This document shows positions 26,885 through 36,975 of a stretch of DNA of 64,000 bases, piece by piece. A program made the translations under genes and the position numbers. The stretch comes from a virus (taxonomy: Duplodnaviria; Caudoviricetes). Positions within the stretch are counted from its first letter, which is position 1. Each line of letters opens with the position of its first letter. The notes below the pieces were generated by a model. It searched no databases and had not been told where the DNA came from. It was given only the letters and a program-made list of their open reading frames with translations. The stretch lies in the IMG/VR virus record IMGVR_UViG_3300042554_001750, one strand, 5' to 3'.

Positions 26885-27878
26885 GTAGTTCCCCTTTATA
26901 AGGAGCATTAAGCCACTTAGCATAAGCCTCAGCGTTTTCACTGATTTTGTTAAGTTCATATTTGCCACAGAATTTCATAAAGTGAACACCAACTTGGGGT
27001 GTAGTAGTAACACGCACCCCTGTACGAATAGATTCATCAACTTTATCTTTGATATCTTGAGGTTGTGCAGTCAAGTCAATCAATGTACGGTTACGCTCGT
27101 AACAATCACGCACCCGATGTTCTTCGCCATTGTGGTCTACCCATCGTTGTAGCATCATGTTGTTCCAATTAAAGCCTTGCTTGTTGCGGTCAGCGTAAGC
27201 CTCAATCAATCCAACCTTGTTTTTGCTACCCTTTTCACGCACACCGGGATATGCACTAAACACATTGTCGGTACTATCACCACGCATACACTTTTTGAAC
27301 AACAGGTATTGAGGATCCTCAAGTAACTTGTGTTCTTTAGTCTTTTTGTCTAGTACCGGTTTTCCATTATCCTTGAAGTATCCGTCAAGTTTGATGAGTT
27401 CGTTGGATACGCCGTTGTATTGGAACACGTGTTCAGCAATAAGCTGAACGTAATCAGTATCAGAAGAAATAATGTAGTGCGAGTCATTGGGATGTAGATG
27501 AATAAAACGGGCAATCAAATCATCTGCCTCAGCGTTAGGTTCACGCAGTACAGATACATTGGTCTTTTCACGCAAGTAATTGGTAAACATTTCGTATGTT
27601 TCCCAAAACATCTTATTTTCTTCAATCTCGGCATCAGTCATTGCCGTTTCATCAAGTTTACGATTAGCCTTGTATGGCTTGTAATAATCTTTACGCCATG
27701 ACCTTCCCTCTAAGCAGAATACCACATGGTCAATTTTATGTGTGCGTACAATTTGATTTACACTTGCCAGTGTAAGATGTAATGCCATACCAATCTTTTC
27801 CCATGTATCCGAGTTGCGGCTTGCAACATGTCGGGCACGGAAGAATGTATTGGCTGTGTCAATGAGTGCGTAATTCAT
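26868..27878 (-). CDS. rnh: T4-type RNase H / 5'-3' exonuclease (FEN family)
   Basis: LIDTAN, EGRSWRK..YKANR, EADDLIA, ISSDTDY.QL, GDSTDNV. Confidence 0.92.
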   Translation of the reverse strand: MNYALIDTANTFFRARHVASRNSDTWEKIGMALHLTLASVNQIVRTHKIDHVVFCLEGRSWRKDYYKPYKANRKLDETAMTDAEIEENKMFWETYEMFTNYLREKTNVSVLREPNAEADDLIARFIHLHPNDSHYIISSDTDYVQLIAEHVFQYNGVSNELIKLDGYFKDNGKPVLDKKTKEHKLLEDPQYLLFKKCMRGDSTDNVFSAYPGVREKGSKNKVGLIEAYADRNKQGFNWNNMMLQRWVDHNGEEHRVRDCYERNRTLIDLTAQPQDIKDKVDESIRTGVRVTTTPQVGVHFMKFCGKYELNKISENAEAYAKWLNAPYKGELHGQPA

Positions 27879-27913
27879 GTATGGGATAATATATAGTTGA
27901 ATAATATGCGCTT

Positions 27914-27944
27914 ATTATACGCATATTATTCAATTTTGTCAACC
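27914..27944 (-). promoter_or_regulatory. sigma70-type promoter for rnh
   Basis: TTGACA (27937-27942), 17 nt, TATAAT (27914-27919). Confidence 0.85.
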
Positions 27945-28366
27945 TATACTAATTCCAAATACTTATCGGGAAAGTTTTTAATACCTTCCTCAATAGTTTT
28001 AGCATTGTATCTAGTAATGGGCAAGAAAGTCTTTTTCAATCTTAGGAGTTTAAGTGGGTGACACTTAATCCTATCCTCAACCAAATTCTGAATATACTTG
28101 ACATTGATATGAATGTGTTTGGGATCTACATATTCACTGGGCGTACGGTTACCTTGTGGATTTTCTAAATAAGGGAAAAGTTCCCTTTTCACATAATGCT
28201 CACAATTTTTAACGTGTTCATCGTACCCTTCTCTCGCAACGTAGATAGAGTGAAAAGATGGATTGTTATTTCCTTTATCGTAGGATTTAATGCGTGAACT
28301 AATCTTATGTGTAATACCCGGCTTTAGTTTACTGTATACCTCTGCAATGTACAAAAATTGACTCAT
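27944..28366 (-). CDS. GIY-YIG/T5orf172-like protein
   Basis: FLYIA..KLKPGIT..SSRIKSY..E..VK. Confidence 0.5.
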   Translation of the reverse strand: MSQFLYIAEVYSKLKPGITHKISSRIKSYDKGNNNPSFHSIYVAREGYDEHVKNCEHYVKRELFPYLENPQGNRTPSEYVDPKHIHINVKYIQNLVEDRIKCHPLKLLRLKKTFLPITRYNAKTIEEGIKNFPDKYLELV

Positions 28367-29574
28367 TTGAACAACTCCCTTTTTTCCTTACTGAGACATT
28401 GGAACATTGTCTTACCTTGCTCACAGTAACGACTGGTCAAACTTGTAGGGACATATTGATATGTTCCGCCTGCCTTTTGATAAAGTTGCATCAATAGTAC
28501 CAATGAAGCATCACGGGGGCAACCGCTAGGTCTTTCACCAAATGCCTTTTCATAATAATCAGGATATGCTTTTTGAGTAAGGTTCTTAAATTCAGCATAG
28601 CCACCTGCAACTTCCTTAATAACAGCATTCAAATCTCGCATAAAATCTTTGAATTCTTGTGTTGAAAAGTCAGCACCCTCTTTCAACAATTTTTTACGCA
28701 AGTCTTGGAAGGGCAATACTTCCATGGCATCAAGGGGTTCTTGTGGCCAGTATTTCTTGTGGTTCTCGCCAATGAACTTGATGTCCTCTACTTCTAGCTT
28801 CTTAAGCAGATTAACATCAATAACAGCTCCTGGTTTGAAACGGTCACTACTGTCAGGATGAACAGGAATCAAATCATGCTTTTCAAGCTCGGCTTGCTTA
28901 CGCTCCGCCATGACATATTTTTCTTGTGAACTGTTGTCCAGGCGACTACCGAATACATGAATTTTATGAGTGTCAAAAGGAAGAATAGGAAGTTTATCTT
29001 CACCGTTGATGCCCAAAAAATGTTCACGGGCAAAACTGAAATCACTTGTTTCAACAACTTGACAATTTACTTCTACATCCAAAAAGTCTTGTGGATCAAC
29101 ATCAGGGAACAAGCCTAGCATTGCTCGTACAGCAATAGCAAGTACCGTATGCTGTCCGTCAGTAATATAATATGTATCAGTTCCAGGAATACGAATAACG
29201 TTAACTGTCATGGGCCTGCGTGAATCCCATGTTGTAACGATCCTAATCAAATGATCCCAGTCAATTCGGCGTTGTACTGCCAATGCCGTAAAGAGATTGC
29301 GAATTTTAATTCGCATAAGCTTTGGCATCTGATTATATTTTTGGGGTTTACCTTTTCTGTCTTTCTTATACTCGTCAGACTCAAGGATTTTTTTCAATGC
29401 CTTCAATAGGTCACTATCTTTGAAGTTTTGAATAAGATTGGTAACGCTATTTTGCTCAATGTAACCAGGCTTTTTATCCAGTTCATTTTCTGGAAGATCC
29501 TTTTTAGTTACCTTTTTAGAGTTGGAAACCCATGCGAACTTAAAGTTAGATGTTGCCATAATTTTTCCTTTCAT
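28363..29574 (-). CDS. ParB/DndB-like (DGQH motif) protein
   Basis: QRRIDWDHL..YYITDGQHTVLA. Confidence 0.65.
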   Translation of the reverse strand: MKGKIMATSNFKFAWVSNSKKVTKKDLPENELDKKPGYIEQNSVTNLIQNFKDSDLLKALKKILESDEYKKDRKGKPQKYNQMPKLMRIKIRNLFTALAVQRRIDWDHLIRIVTTWDSRRPMTVNVIRIPGTDTYYITDGQHTVLAIAVRAMLGLFPDVDPQDFLDVEVNCQVVETSDFSFAREHFLGINGEDKLPILPFDTHKIHVFGSRLDNSSQEKYVMAERKQAELEKHDLIPVHPDSSDRFKPGAVIDVNLLKKLEVEDIKFIGENHKKYWPQEPLDAMEVLPFQDLRKKLLKEGADFSTQEFKDFMRDLNAVIKEVAGGYAEFKNLTQKAYPDYYEKAFGERPSGCPRDASLVLLMQLYQKAGGTYQYVPTSLTSRYCEQGKTMFQCLSKEKRELFK

Positions 29575-29621
29575 TAAATTAAATTAGGCTGTGCAAAGAA
29601 TATTATTCAACGCACAACCTA

Positions 29622-29650
29622 AGTATACATGAAAAGCTTTTTATTGACAA
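29622..29650 (-). promoter_or_regulatory. sigma70-type promoter for DGQH gene pair
   Basis: TTGTCA (29645-29650), 17 nt, TATACT (29622-29627). Confidence 0.65.
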
Positions 29651-29662
29651 CAAAATGGGTAT

Positions 29663-30088
29663 CTAACTAACCTCTGTACGCCCATTTCCTATATCTCGGG
29701 TTCTTATAACTCGCATGTCCCTGTTATCAGGATCTGCTTGTTGCTGTTCATAAACTTCTAGTGCTACATTCCTACATACAGTTTGGAACCAACGATCAAC
29801 AATTAAAGCCTCGTTGTCATCTTCACGGATTTTGTATCCTGCACGAATCAGATTTAGTACGAACTTATCATTCCAGTCTAGTTCAAATGCACCGTTATTC
29901 ACATCGTTAGGATCAAGTTGGACATGAACAATAGCTACATATGGTTCATTGTTTAATGTAGCTTGTTCTTTGGCTGAAAGCTCAGGTGCTGCTTTCTTCT
30001 CTCTGGGCTTGCGCTCCTTTTTAGGCTTAGGTTCTTCTGCCTTAACAGGCTCGGGTTTTTTAAACCATTGCTTGATTTTGTCTAACAT
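29663..30088 (-). CDS. conserved phage hypothetical protein
   Basis: GAFELDWNDKFV..IVDRWF. Confidence 0.7.
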   Translation of the reverse strand: MLDKIKQWFKKPEPVKAEEPKPKKERKPREKKAAPELSAKEQATLNNEPYVAIVHVQLDPNDVNNGAFELDWNDKFVLNLIRAGYKIREDDNEALIVDRWFQTVCRNVALEVYEQQQADPDNRDMRVIRTRDIGNGRTEVS

Positions 30089-31103
30089 TCTTGGCCTCAA
30101 ATAGTTTTGTGCTTGCTAGGTTCTTAGCCTTGCTCTCGCACATAATATCAAATTTATCATTGAAAGTCAATGCCCAATTATTAGTAGCATGATTCCAATA
30201 ATAATCACTATGGGCGCGCAATTTTTGCTTGTTGTGTCCCAAATTCATCAATGTTGTCAAAGAAGGTCTTTCATGTGTGGGATGGTCAACCAAAAGGTCT
30301 TCTCTTGAAACAGAATAGTGTATAACAGGGCGAATGCCGCGCCAACTATCAATAACCTTTTGAACCCTAACATCAGATGGTTCAATATACTCCCCGCAAT
30401 TAATCCAGTGGTGATGAATGTCCAAAACGATCGGAACCAAATCGCTAATTTGTAAACATGTGTTAAGATCATGTGTCATTTCCTCGTTTTCAATAGTAAG
30501 TGAATTTCGTGCTTCGGGTGATAAACGTTGATAAGCACGCCTAATACCATCAGGACCTTGCCGACCCGCAATGTGTACATTAATTTTAATGTCTTGAAAT
30601 TGTTTGCCATAACCCATCCAACGGGCCATGTCAACATGGTATTCAAATTCTTTGATACTCTTATTTACTACCTCTTCGCGGTCACTTGCTAGAACAACGA
30701 ATTGGTCAGGATGAAAACTTACACGGACATCATGTTGCCGTGCTGTTTCACCCAATGGTGCAAACCATCGTTCAAGACAATTCTGCACATCCGTACTTTG
30801 CCAAAAGTCTGTGTAATCATCGTGCGTATAGAAACTTAGCATGTCACTTGTGATACGCAACATCCGCTGTCCATGGGGTAGACTAGCAACCTTTTTGATT
30901 AGTGCGTGAGTATTCATGATGTTCTTTTTAGCAACATCAATAATTTTTTCTTCTACCTTATTACGGTTGTTACGGCTGGCCCAAGCTAGTGTTGTACCGC
31001 CCGTGTTAAGACCCTCTACGGAAACTATTTCGCCTTTTTTGTTAATTTCCGCAAACTTACATGCGAAGCCAATACGACGGATAGTAGTGTCAAAAGAATG
31101 CAT
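30060..31103 (-). CDS. uvsE: UV damage endonuclease UvsE/UvdE
   Basis: RIGFACK, RITSDM, VSFHPDQFVVLAS, INVH, TIENE, VLDIHHH, HYS, HSDY, MCESKAK. Confidence 0.92.
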   Translation of the reverse strand: MHSFDTTIRRIGFACKFAEINKKGEIVSVEGLNTGGTTLAWASRNNRNKVEEKIIDVAKKNIMNTHALIKKVASLPHGQRMLRITSDMLSFYTHDDYTDFWQSTDVQNCLERWFAPLGETARQHDVRVSFHPDQFVVLASDREEVVNKSIKEFEYHVDMARWMGYGKQFQDIKINVHIAGRQGPDGIRRAYQRLSPEARNSLTIENEEMTHDLNTCLQISDLVPIVLDIHHHWINCGEYIEPSDVRVQKVIDSWRGIRPVIHYSVSREDLLVDHPTHERPSLTTLMNLGHNKQKLRAHSDYYWNHATNNWALTFNDKFDIMCESKAKNLASTKLFEAKNVRQNQAMV

Positions 31104-31181
31104 AAGAAAACCCAGATTGATAAATAATAGATATAGTGTAGCATAGTTACGCAATAAAGTCAACTATTTACGGAAACCAAT

Positions 31182-32582
31182 ATGAAATTTATAGAACTAA
31201 TGGAAGGCGCAGAGCCAAAACTACCCGGAGCACCCAGTGGCATACAGATTATGACTCCTCAGCAATTCGTTGCTAAGAGTGCAGCCGGTGAAGAACCTGA
31301 ACCTGAAAAAGGTGTAACGGAAGGTCTAGGGGACACCAAAACTGAAGTCTTAGGCACATACAAAGGCTGGAAGTTTGAAATTGAAACTCAAGAAGAAGAC
31401 GACCGCTATGTTACATTCTACGGTGCTGTAAGTCCTGAAGGTAAGTGGCACAGTTTACCCAAGCGTGCCAGTGCTGAACAGTTTAAGCAGTTTGTTGACA
31501 GTAAAAGTGTAACGGAAGCAACCAAACTTGCTGCTCCTACCCGTCCAATTGGTGATCCAGAACTAACAGACTATTTGGATCGTATTCGTAATCAAGAGAA
31601 AAAGAAAACAGACAAGTATAAGTTACCATATATTCACCGTAGTAGCGTAGTTGGTTACTATAACGAAGAAGGTAAAAAGTATAATGTTGATGCTATCAAA
31701 CAGGCATTAGCTGAAAGACCAAAAACACTTCTCAAAAAGAATGAGAAGATGAAGCATAGCGACGGAACTGATGAACAATTTTTTAACGTTGGTTTTGCTG
31801 CACTTGTAGGTATCGCACTAGATGAAAACACAAATGAATTAATAGTAGTAAATACATGTCCTGGTGCGGGTAGTTGCAAAATAGATTGTTTTGCAATGAA
31901 GGGAGGCAAGGTGCAATTCCAAGGCCCATGGCTAAGCGATGGGCGCATTCTTACATATCTATTAAATGACCCAAGTGGTTTCTTCAATCAATTAAAAACA
32001 GAAATTGATAATGAAGTCAAGAAAGGTGCCAAGAAAGGATACAAGGTAAGTATTCGTTGGCATGATGCTGGTGACTTCTTTAGTCCTGAGTATGTAGATA
32101 TGGCATTTAATCTAGCAAAGAGTTTACCTAATGTAGACTTTTATGCTTACACAAAAGTTGCTGATGTTGCGTTAGGTGAGAAGCCCGACAACTTTATGAT
32201 TAACTGGAGTGAAGGCGCAAGTGCTTCACAAGAGAAGAAGGTAAAGGGTAGTGATCCTAGTTTAGAAAAAACAAAGAACAGCAGAATTATTCCAAGCAAC
32301 TTATTCTATGATTTATTAGTGAAGGACGAAAAGAAGAACTTGGTTAAGGGTCCTGAAGGCCAATGGCAAGTGATACCTGACAAGTTACCTGAACTAAAAC
32401 AACGACTAGCAAAAGAATACGGACTAAGTCCAAATAGTATTCTTAGCTATAGTGAGTGGGAAAGTAAAGTCAAGGGTAAAGATAAATCACCATTGAAGTA
32501 CAATGTGATTATTGCACCTGGCGAACCTGATTTAACTGCTAAGGATGCAGGAGTATTGAGTACATTGTTACTCAAGCATTAA
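31182..32582 (+). CDS. late protein with head-targeting-like N-terminus and GP88-like Cys-rich domain
   Basis: MKFIELME|G; TCPGAGSCKIDCFA; IRWHDAGDF; FYAYTK; ATAAATA at 31120-31126. Confidence 0.7.
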   Translation: MKFIELMEGAEPKLPGAPSGIQIMTPQQFVAKSAAGEEPEPEKGVTEGLGDTKTEVLGTYKGWKFEIETQEEDDRYVTFYGAVSPEGKWHSLPKRASAEQFKQFVDSKSVTEATKLAAPTRPIGDPELTDYLDRIRNQEKKKTDKYKLPYIHRSSVVGYYNEEGKKYNVDAIKQALAERPKTLLKKNEKMKHSDGTDEQFFNVGFAALVGIALDENTNELIVVNTCPGAGSCKIDCFAMKGGKVQFQGPWLSDGRILTYLLNDPSGFFNQLKTEIDNEVKKGAKKGYKVSIRWHDAGDFFSPEYVDMAFNLAKSLPNVDFYAYTKVADVALGEKPDNFMINWSEGASASQEKKVKGSDPSLEKTKNSRIIPSNLFYDLLVKDEKKNLVKGPEGQWQVIPDKLPELKQRLAKEYGLSPNSILSYSEWESKVKGKDKSPLKYNVIIAPGEPDLTAKDAGVLSTLLLKH

Positions 32583-33402
32583 TCTTAAGTAGTTCGTTGA
32601 TAGTATACAAGTTACGCATATAGGGCGATACATCTTCTAATACACTTGAAGGTAAATCGCCCTTTCTTCTTGGGCCGTATTTTACTTCAAATTCATAGCC
32701 ATTAATGTCTTGGAACATACAAGTCATTTCATAAACTGTTTTACCTACACCATGCCCTAATGATTCAACACTATTGCTAGGCTTATCAATTGCTGTTTTT
32801 AATGCATCACAAATTTCCATGACATGGACATAATCACGCAGACATGTGCCATCTTTGGTATCATAATCATTGCCGAATATTGTGAACTCACCAGTCTTAA
32901 CTGCTCTCATTAAATTGAGCATTAATCCGTCTGGATTTGTGGGAGGCACAACTGTGCTACCTATCACATTATAAAATCTAAAAATGCTATAATCTTTTTT
33001 GTTGTGTTGTGTGCAGTATTCACGGACTACATCTTCTGCGGCTCTTTTGCTAATACCATATGCACTAGCACAACCTTCGGCAGCGCCAGTACTGGCAAAA
33101 ATAAAATTCTTTGTTTTTATTTTATTCACAACATTCATTGTGCCGTTCAAATTAGTGATATAATATTGAATAGGCATCTTCTCACTTTCGCTTACATTAA
33201 CCTTTGCCGCTAAATGAATAACACAATCAAATTCTTCTTCTAAATTGAATTGACGGTTTATATCACAATGGTAAAAAGTATGCGGGTCAACTTGCGGATA
33301 GTTAATATCTAATCCATGAACCTCGTATTCATCTTTTAACAAATGTGTTAAATGTGATCCAATGTATCCTGAACTACCAGTGATTAAAACTTTCTTTACC
33401 AT
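32572..33402 (-). CDS. NAD-dependent sugar epimerase/dehydratase (GalE-like)
   Basis: LITGSSGYIG, IHLAA, FASTG, YGISK (YxxxK), FRFYNV, DGTCLRDYVHV, RRKGD. Confidence 0.92.
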   Translation of the reverse strand: MVKKVLITGSSGYIGSHLTHLLKDEYEVHGLDINYPQVDPHTFYHCDINRQFNLEEEFDCVIHLAAKVNVSESEKMPIQYYITNLNGTMNVVNKIKTKNFIFASTGAAEGCASAYGISKRAAEDVVREYCTQHNKKDYSIFRFYNVIGSTVVPPTNPDGLMLNLMRAVKTGEFTIFGNDYDTKDGTCLRDYVHVMEICDALKTAIDKPSNSVESLGHGVGKTVYEMTCMFQDINGYEFEVKYGPRRKGDLPSSVLEDVSPYMRNLYTINELLKINA

Positions 33403-34724
33403 GCGAATAATTCCTCTTTATCTTCTGTGGGTATAAAATTAGGATCTTTTGTTAGATATGTATCTTCATCTGTATAGATTACACGAAACTTATGTTTATT
33501 CGTCAACACACTACGAATATCATCAATGCAAATTACTTTTCGTCCCAAACTTGCGATATAATCTTTTAGTTTTACAGTGGTCTCGTTGCAAATCTTTGCC
33601 GTATTATTATTAGATTGTTTTGTTTTAAAATCATTAAAACATTCATTCCATTTATGAAATACTGTATTTTCTATACTACCTGCATGACTCAAAACACCTT
33701 TATTATACCAATTTTCAGCAGTAGCAAACATATGATATGCATTTAATATATCTGTTGCCATATTCTTTTTATTTGTTTCAAAAAAGTAACGGCTGTCAAA
33801 GTTTTTTGTCCATCGTTGATCACTTAGGCAGAATGTGGGCAATTGTATGTGCTGTTCATAAAATGCCATACCATAGCTTTCAACTGTGCTAGGATTAAAT
33901 GCAACTCTTGCGCTTGTAATAAAATCTACTTTTTCTTTACCAACAATACTAGAATGAATGTCATACTTGACACCTAACTTAGATAAACGGTCCTCAAATT
34001 TTTTGACACCATTGGGGCTAGTCATTACTTTAGCAGGAAGTTTAGTCTGCTCAATCAAGTCAATAAACAATTCAGGATTTTTACCTTCTTCCCAGCGACC
34101 AACAAACAATACTCCCTCTCTAGGCGTGTGATGTTCTTCTAAAAGTCCACGCTCTGTGATAGGTATAGGAAGATGATATACTGTATCGCTGATGTTTAGT
34201 TGATTAAATTTGCTTTGTGTGCCAACATATATACCCGATGTTTCTAGCTGCTGTCGCATTAATTCATTTGTATTATGTAAAAATGGATTTTTAGTATCTT
34301 TGAAAATTTGACTTTCAAGATGTGTATAGGCAATAATCTGAATTACATCTTCAAGTCCCATTGTACTTGCAACCTGAACTGTCTCATATGTGTTACAAAT
34401 AAACGCATCATATAGATTATGCTCTAATGCTTCTATGATAGCATTTCTAAAGTTCGCCATTCTTTCATAGCAAAATGTATCACCATACATAAAGATATTG
34501 CTATGGTCTGTATAACGCAATGATTCTAGTGGTGCAATAACATTTGCTTTTAAAGATTTTACAAACTCGTTGTCTTGTGGCTCTTTGTCGGTGATAATAT
34601 CAACTTTGATATTACGACTATCCATTAACTCACAGAAGCTTTTAGCAAATTGTCCTATACCACCGTGAGGTATTAGTGTTTGATAACTAACTAAAAAACC
34701 AATTCTTTTATCGTATGTTCTCAT
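33396..34724 (-). CDS. GT-B glycosyltransferase
   Basis: PHGGIG, LFVGRWEEGKNP, ESYGMAFYE. Confidence 0.8.
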   Translation of the reverse strand: MRTYDKRIGFLVSYQTLIPHGGIGQFAKSFCELMDSRNIKVDIITDKEPQDNEFVKSLKANVIAPLESLRYTDHSNIFMYGDTFCYERMANFRNAIIEALEHNLYDAFICNTYETVQVASTMGLEDVIQIIAYTHLESQIFKDTKNPFLHNTNELMRQQLETSGIYVGTQSKFNQLNISDTVYHLPIPITERGLLEEHHTPREGVLFVGRWEEGKNPELFIDLIEQTKLPAKVMTSPNGVKKFEDRLSKLGVKYDIHSSIVGKEKVDFITSARVAFNPSTVESYGMAFYEQHIQLPTFCLSDQRWTKNFDSRYFFETNKKNMATDILNAYHMFATAENWYNKGVLSHAGSIENTVFHKWNECFNDFKTKQSNNNTAKICNETTVKLKDYIASLGRKVICIDDIRSVLTNKHKFRVIYTDEDTYLTKDPNFIPTEDKEELFAW

Positions 34725-34954
34725 TTCTTTAATTGCCAGATTAAAAATTCTTCTTTGCTGATCCAATATTTTTGTACGATCGGGTCACCGGGCCCGGTAA
34801 TCCAATTTTCGCCATAGTAGGCAATTTTACCCCAAAGTGGTTTTTCAGATAAAAAACATTTTTTTGGAATCCAACAGAGTTTTAATTTCCAACCTCTGGT
34901 TCTGTTTAATCCCCAATCTTCTGAAAGAGGCGCCTGCTGGGCATCTCCGTACAT
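34721..34954 (-). CDS. hypothetical Trp-rich protein
   Basis: WKLKLCWIPKKCFLSEKPLWG; TAATG coupling to queE stop region. Confidence 0.6.
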   Translation of the reverse strand: MYGDAQQAPLSEDWGLNRTRGWKLKLCWIPKKCFLSEKPLWGKIAYYGENWITGPGDPIVQKYWISKEEFLIWQLKK

Positions 34955-34957
34955 TAA

Positions 34958-35809
34958 TCAGGTACCCCATTCATTCTTAAACAGTGGCACTTGAAGTCTA
35001 TCACTATAACGCCAACCGTTGTTCATAGCTTCAATAGCAACATTCTTAGCATTAAGAGTATACACTGGTTCTACCCCGCCACAAGGCATCAGGTAAACAG
35101 GACCTGTGAAGCCAGCTTTACGATATAAGTTTACTGCTTCTTTTGCTTCTTCTACATCTTCTTTAGTTGCTACCACAAACTTCAAATAAGTGAAACCATA
35201 TTCATCATATTGAGCAACAACATCAGGCTTTATAGCTTCATCCCATTTTTCACCTGAAATACTTAGTTTAGGACTAACACTAAATGTTACGCTAAAATAA
35301 CCTTTATCATGATGCCATTCACGATGCAACCATTGTCTAAATTCTTTAGTTAATTCTTGAGTGCCATTTGTCTCAAAGGTTAGTTCCTTCAATGGTCTCA
35401 TTTTTTCGTGCGAAAGTAATTCAGGATACGATCTTTGCCATCCAAGCAGAGGTTCACCCCCTGTGATAACCAAGTGCTCATCTTGCCAAGACCGTCCAGG
35501 AAGTAAATCAATAATACTACTAACAATAGTATCGGTATTGAGCACAGGACTAAGATGTTTGAAACGAGGGTCCCAAGATGCATAACTATCACATCCAGTG
35601 CTGACAAGCGGAAGGGATTTATAATCTGTATAAGTTTCTGCATTAATCGCAATTATATCTCTTTCTGTACTTAATTGACCTTTTGGCATGCCGAACCCGC
35701 CGCATGTAAAATTGCATCCAAAAGTTCTTAGGAAGACACTAGGTACACCCATGTATCTACCTTCTCCCTGTATTGAATAAAACAACTCTGATATTTTTAA
35801 ATGGCTCAT
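34958..35809 (-). CDS. queE: 7-carboxy-7-deazaguanine synthase (radical SAM)
   Basis: ISELFYSIQGEG..GVPSVFLRTFGCNFTC..GCDS; ITGGEPLL; FETNGT; SVSPKL; RLQV.L. Confidence 0.93.
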   Translation of the reverse strand: MSHLKISELFYSIQGEGRYMGVPSVFLRTFGCNFTCGGFGMPKGQLSTERDIIAINAETYTDYKSLPLVSTGCDSYASWDPRFKHLSPVLNTDTIVSSIIDLLPGRSWQDEHLVITGGEPLLGWQRSYPELLSHEKMRPLKELTFETNGTQELTKEFRQWLHREWHHDKGYFSVTFSVSPKLSISGEKWDEAIKPDVVAQYDEYGFTYLKFVVATKEDVEEAKEAVNLYRKAGFTGPVYLMPCGGVEPVYTLNAKNVAIEAMNNGWRYSDRLQVPLFKNEWGT

Positions 35810-36975
35810 ATTTGTTCCGAAATTAATTTTGCTGTGTATGGAGCTAATGTCCAACCTAGATGTCCGTGACCTGTATTATAAAATACATTTTTACATTTGT
35901 CACTTTTTTTGGTAATAGGCATCATATTCGGAGTCATTGGTCGCAAACATGCCCATTGTGTATAATCATGCGTGTTAATACGGGGAAAGTTTGTATGCAC
36001 CCATCGCAATAGTGGTTCAACTCTGTCCCTGCGAATATCATAGTTTTCACCTGTTAGTTCAGCAGTGCCAGCAACACGGAACCTATTACCTAAACTTGAA
36101 GTTACAATTTTGGCTTTATCATCAAGTAAACTAACTTTGGGCAATAAAGATGAATCTACATTATTGATAGTAATACTATAGCCCTTGACAGGATAGATCG
36201 GTAATTTATCACCCAAGCTTTCAGCTATGTCAACACTGCCTACTCCAGCACATATGACAACACAATCAGAATGATCCATTAGATACTCAATATCTGCTTC
36301 GTCGTTATAGTAAAACTTTACACGATATTTTTTCTCTAAGACTTTTGCTAACTGATAGCAAAATTTATGTATGTCACCTGTCCAATCGCTAGGAGTCCAA
36401 GCAGCACCAACCACACCTTTAATATCTTTTAAAGATGGATCTAGTGCTATTGTTTGTGCAGGTGTTAGTATATCCCACTCAACGTTGTTATTATTGTAAA
36501 GTTCTTTTGCAACTTTAGCAGAGTCAAAATACTTTTCATCTTTATAAAAGTGAAGTATGCCACAATCACTACGGTCAAACTCTAACTGTTCCTGGTTGCA
36601 AATTTCGTCATACAATTTTCTTGACTCTAAGCCCATGGCTATGGTTTTTTCAGTATTTGTTTTATACTGATTGGTCATAGTGTTGTAAAGAAATTTACTC
36701 ATCCAACTCCATTGCTTAAAGTCAAGCCGAGGACGAATAAGTAACGGGGCATCTTGGGTAAACATCCATTTAATGCCCTTCTTAACATTGCTCCATGTTG
36801 TCCATACTTCACTATTACTAACAGAGACTTGACCCCCATTAGCAAAACTAGTACGCATGGCAGGGTGAGGTTCCTGTTCAAATACAGAAACTTTATGTCC
36901 TGCTTTGGCTAAATAGTAAGCTGTCGTAATACCAGCGATACCTGCACCAATAACTGCTACATGTTTTTTATTCAT
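35806..36975 (-). CDS. dadA: D-amino acid dehydrogenase-like flavoprotein
   Basis: VIGAGIAG, TSFANGGQ, YPVKGYS, WACLRPMTP, NTGHGHLGWT. Confidence 0.9.
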   Translation of the reverse strand: MNKKHVAVIGAGIAGITTAYYLAKAGHKVSVFEQEPHPAMRTSFANGGQVSVSNSEVWTTWSNVKKGIKWMFTQDAPLLIRPRLDFKQWSWMSKFLYNTMTNQYKTNTEKTIAMGLESRKLYDEICNQEQLEFDRSDCGILHFYKDEKYFDSAKVAKELYNNNNVEWDILTPAQTIALDPSLKDIKGVVGAAWTPSDWTGDIHKFCYQLAKVLEKKYRVKFYYNDEADIEYLMDHSDCVVICAGVGSVDIAESLGDKLPIYPVKGYSITINNVDSSLLPKVSLLDDKAKIVTSSLGNRFRVAGTAELTGENYDIRRDRVEPLLRWVHTNFPRINTHDYTQWACLRPMTPNMMPITKKSDKCKNVFYNTGHGHLGWTLAPYTAKLISEQI

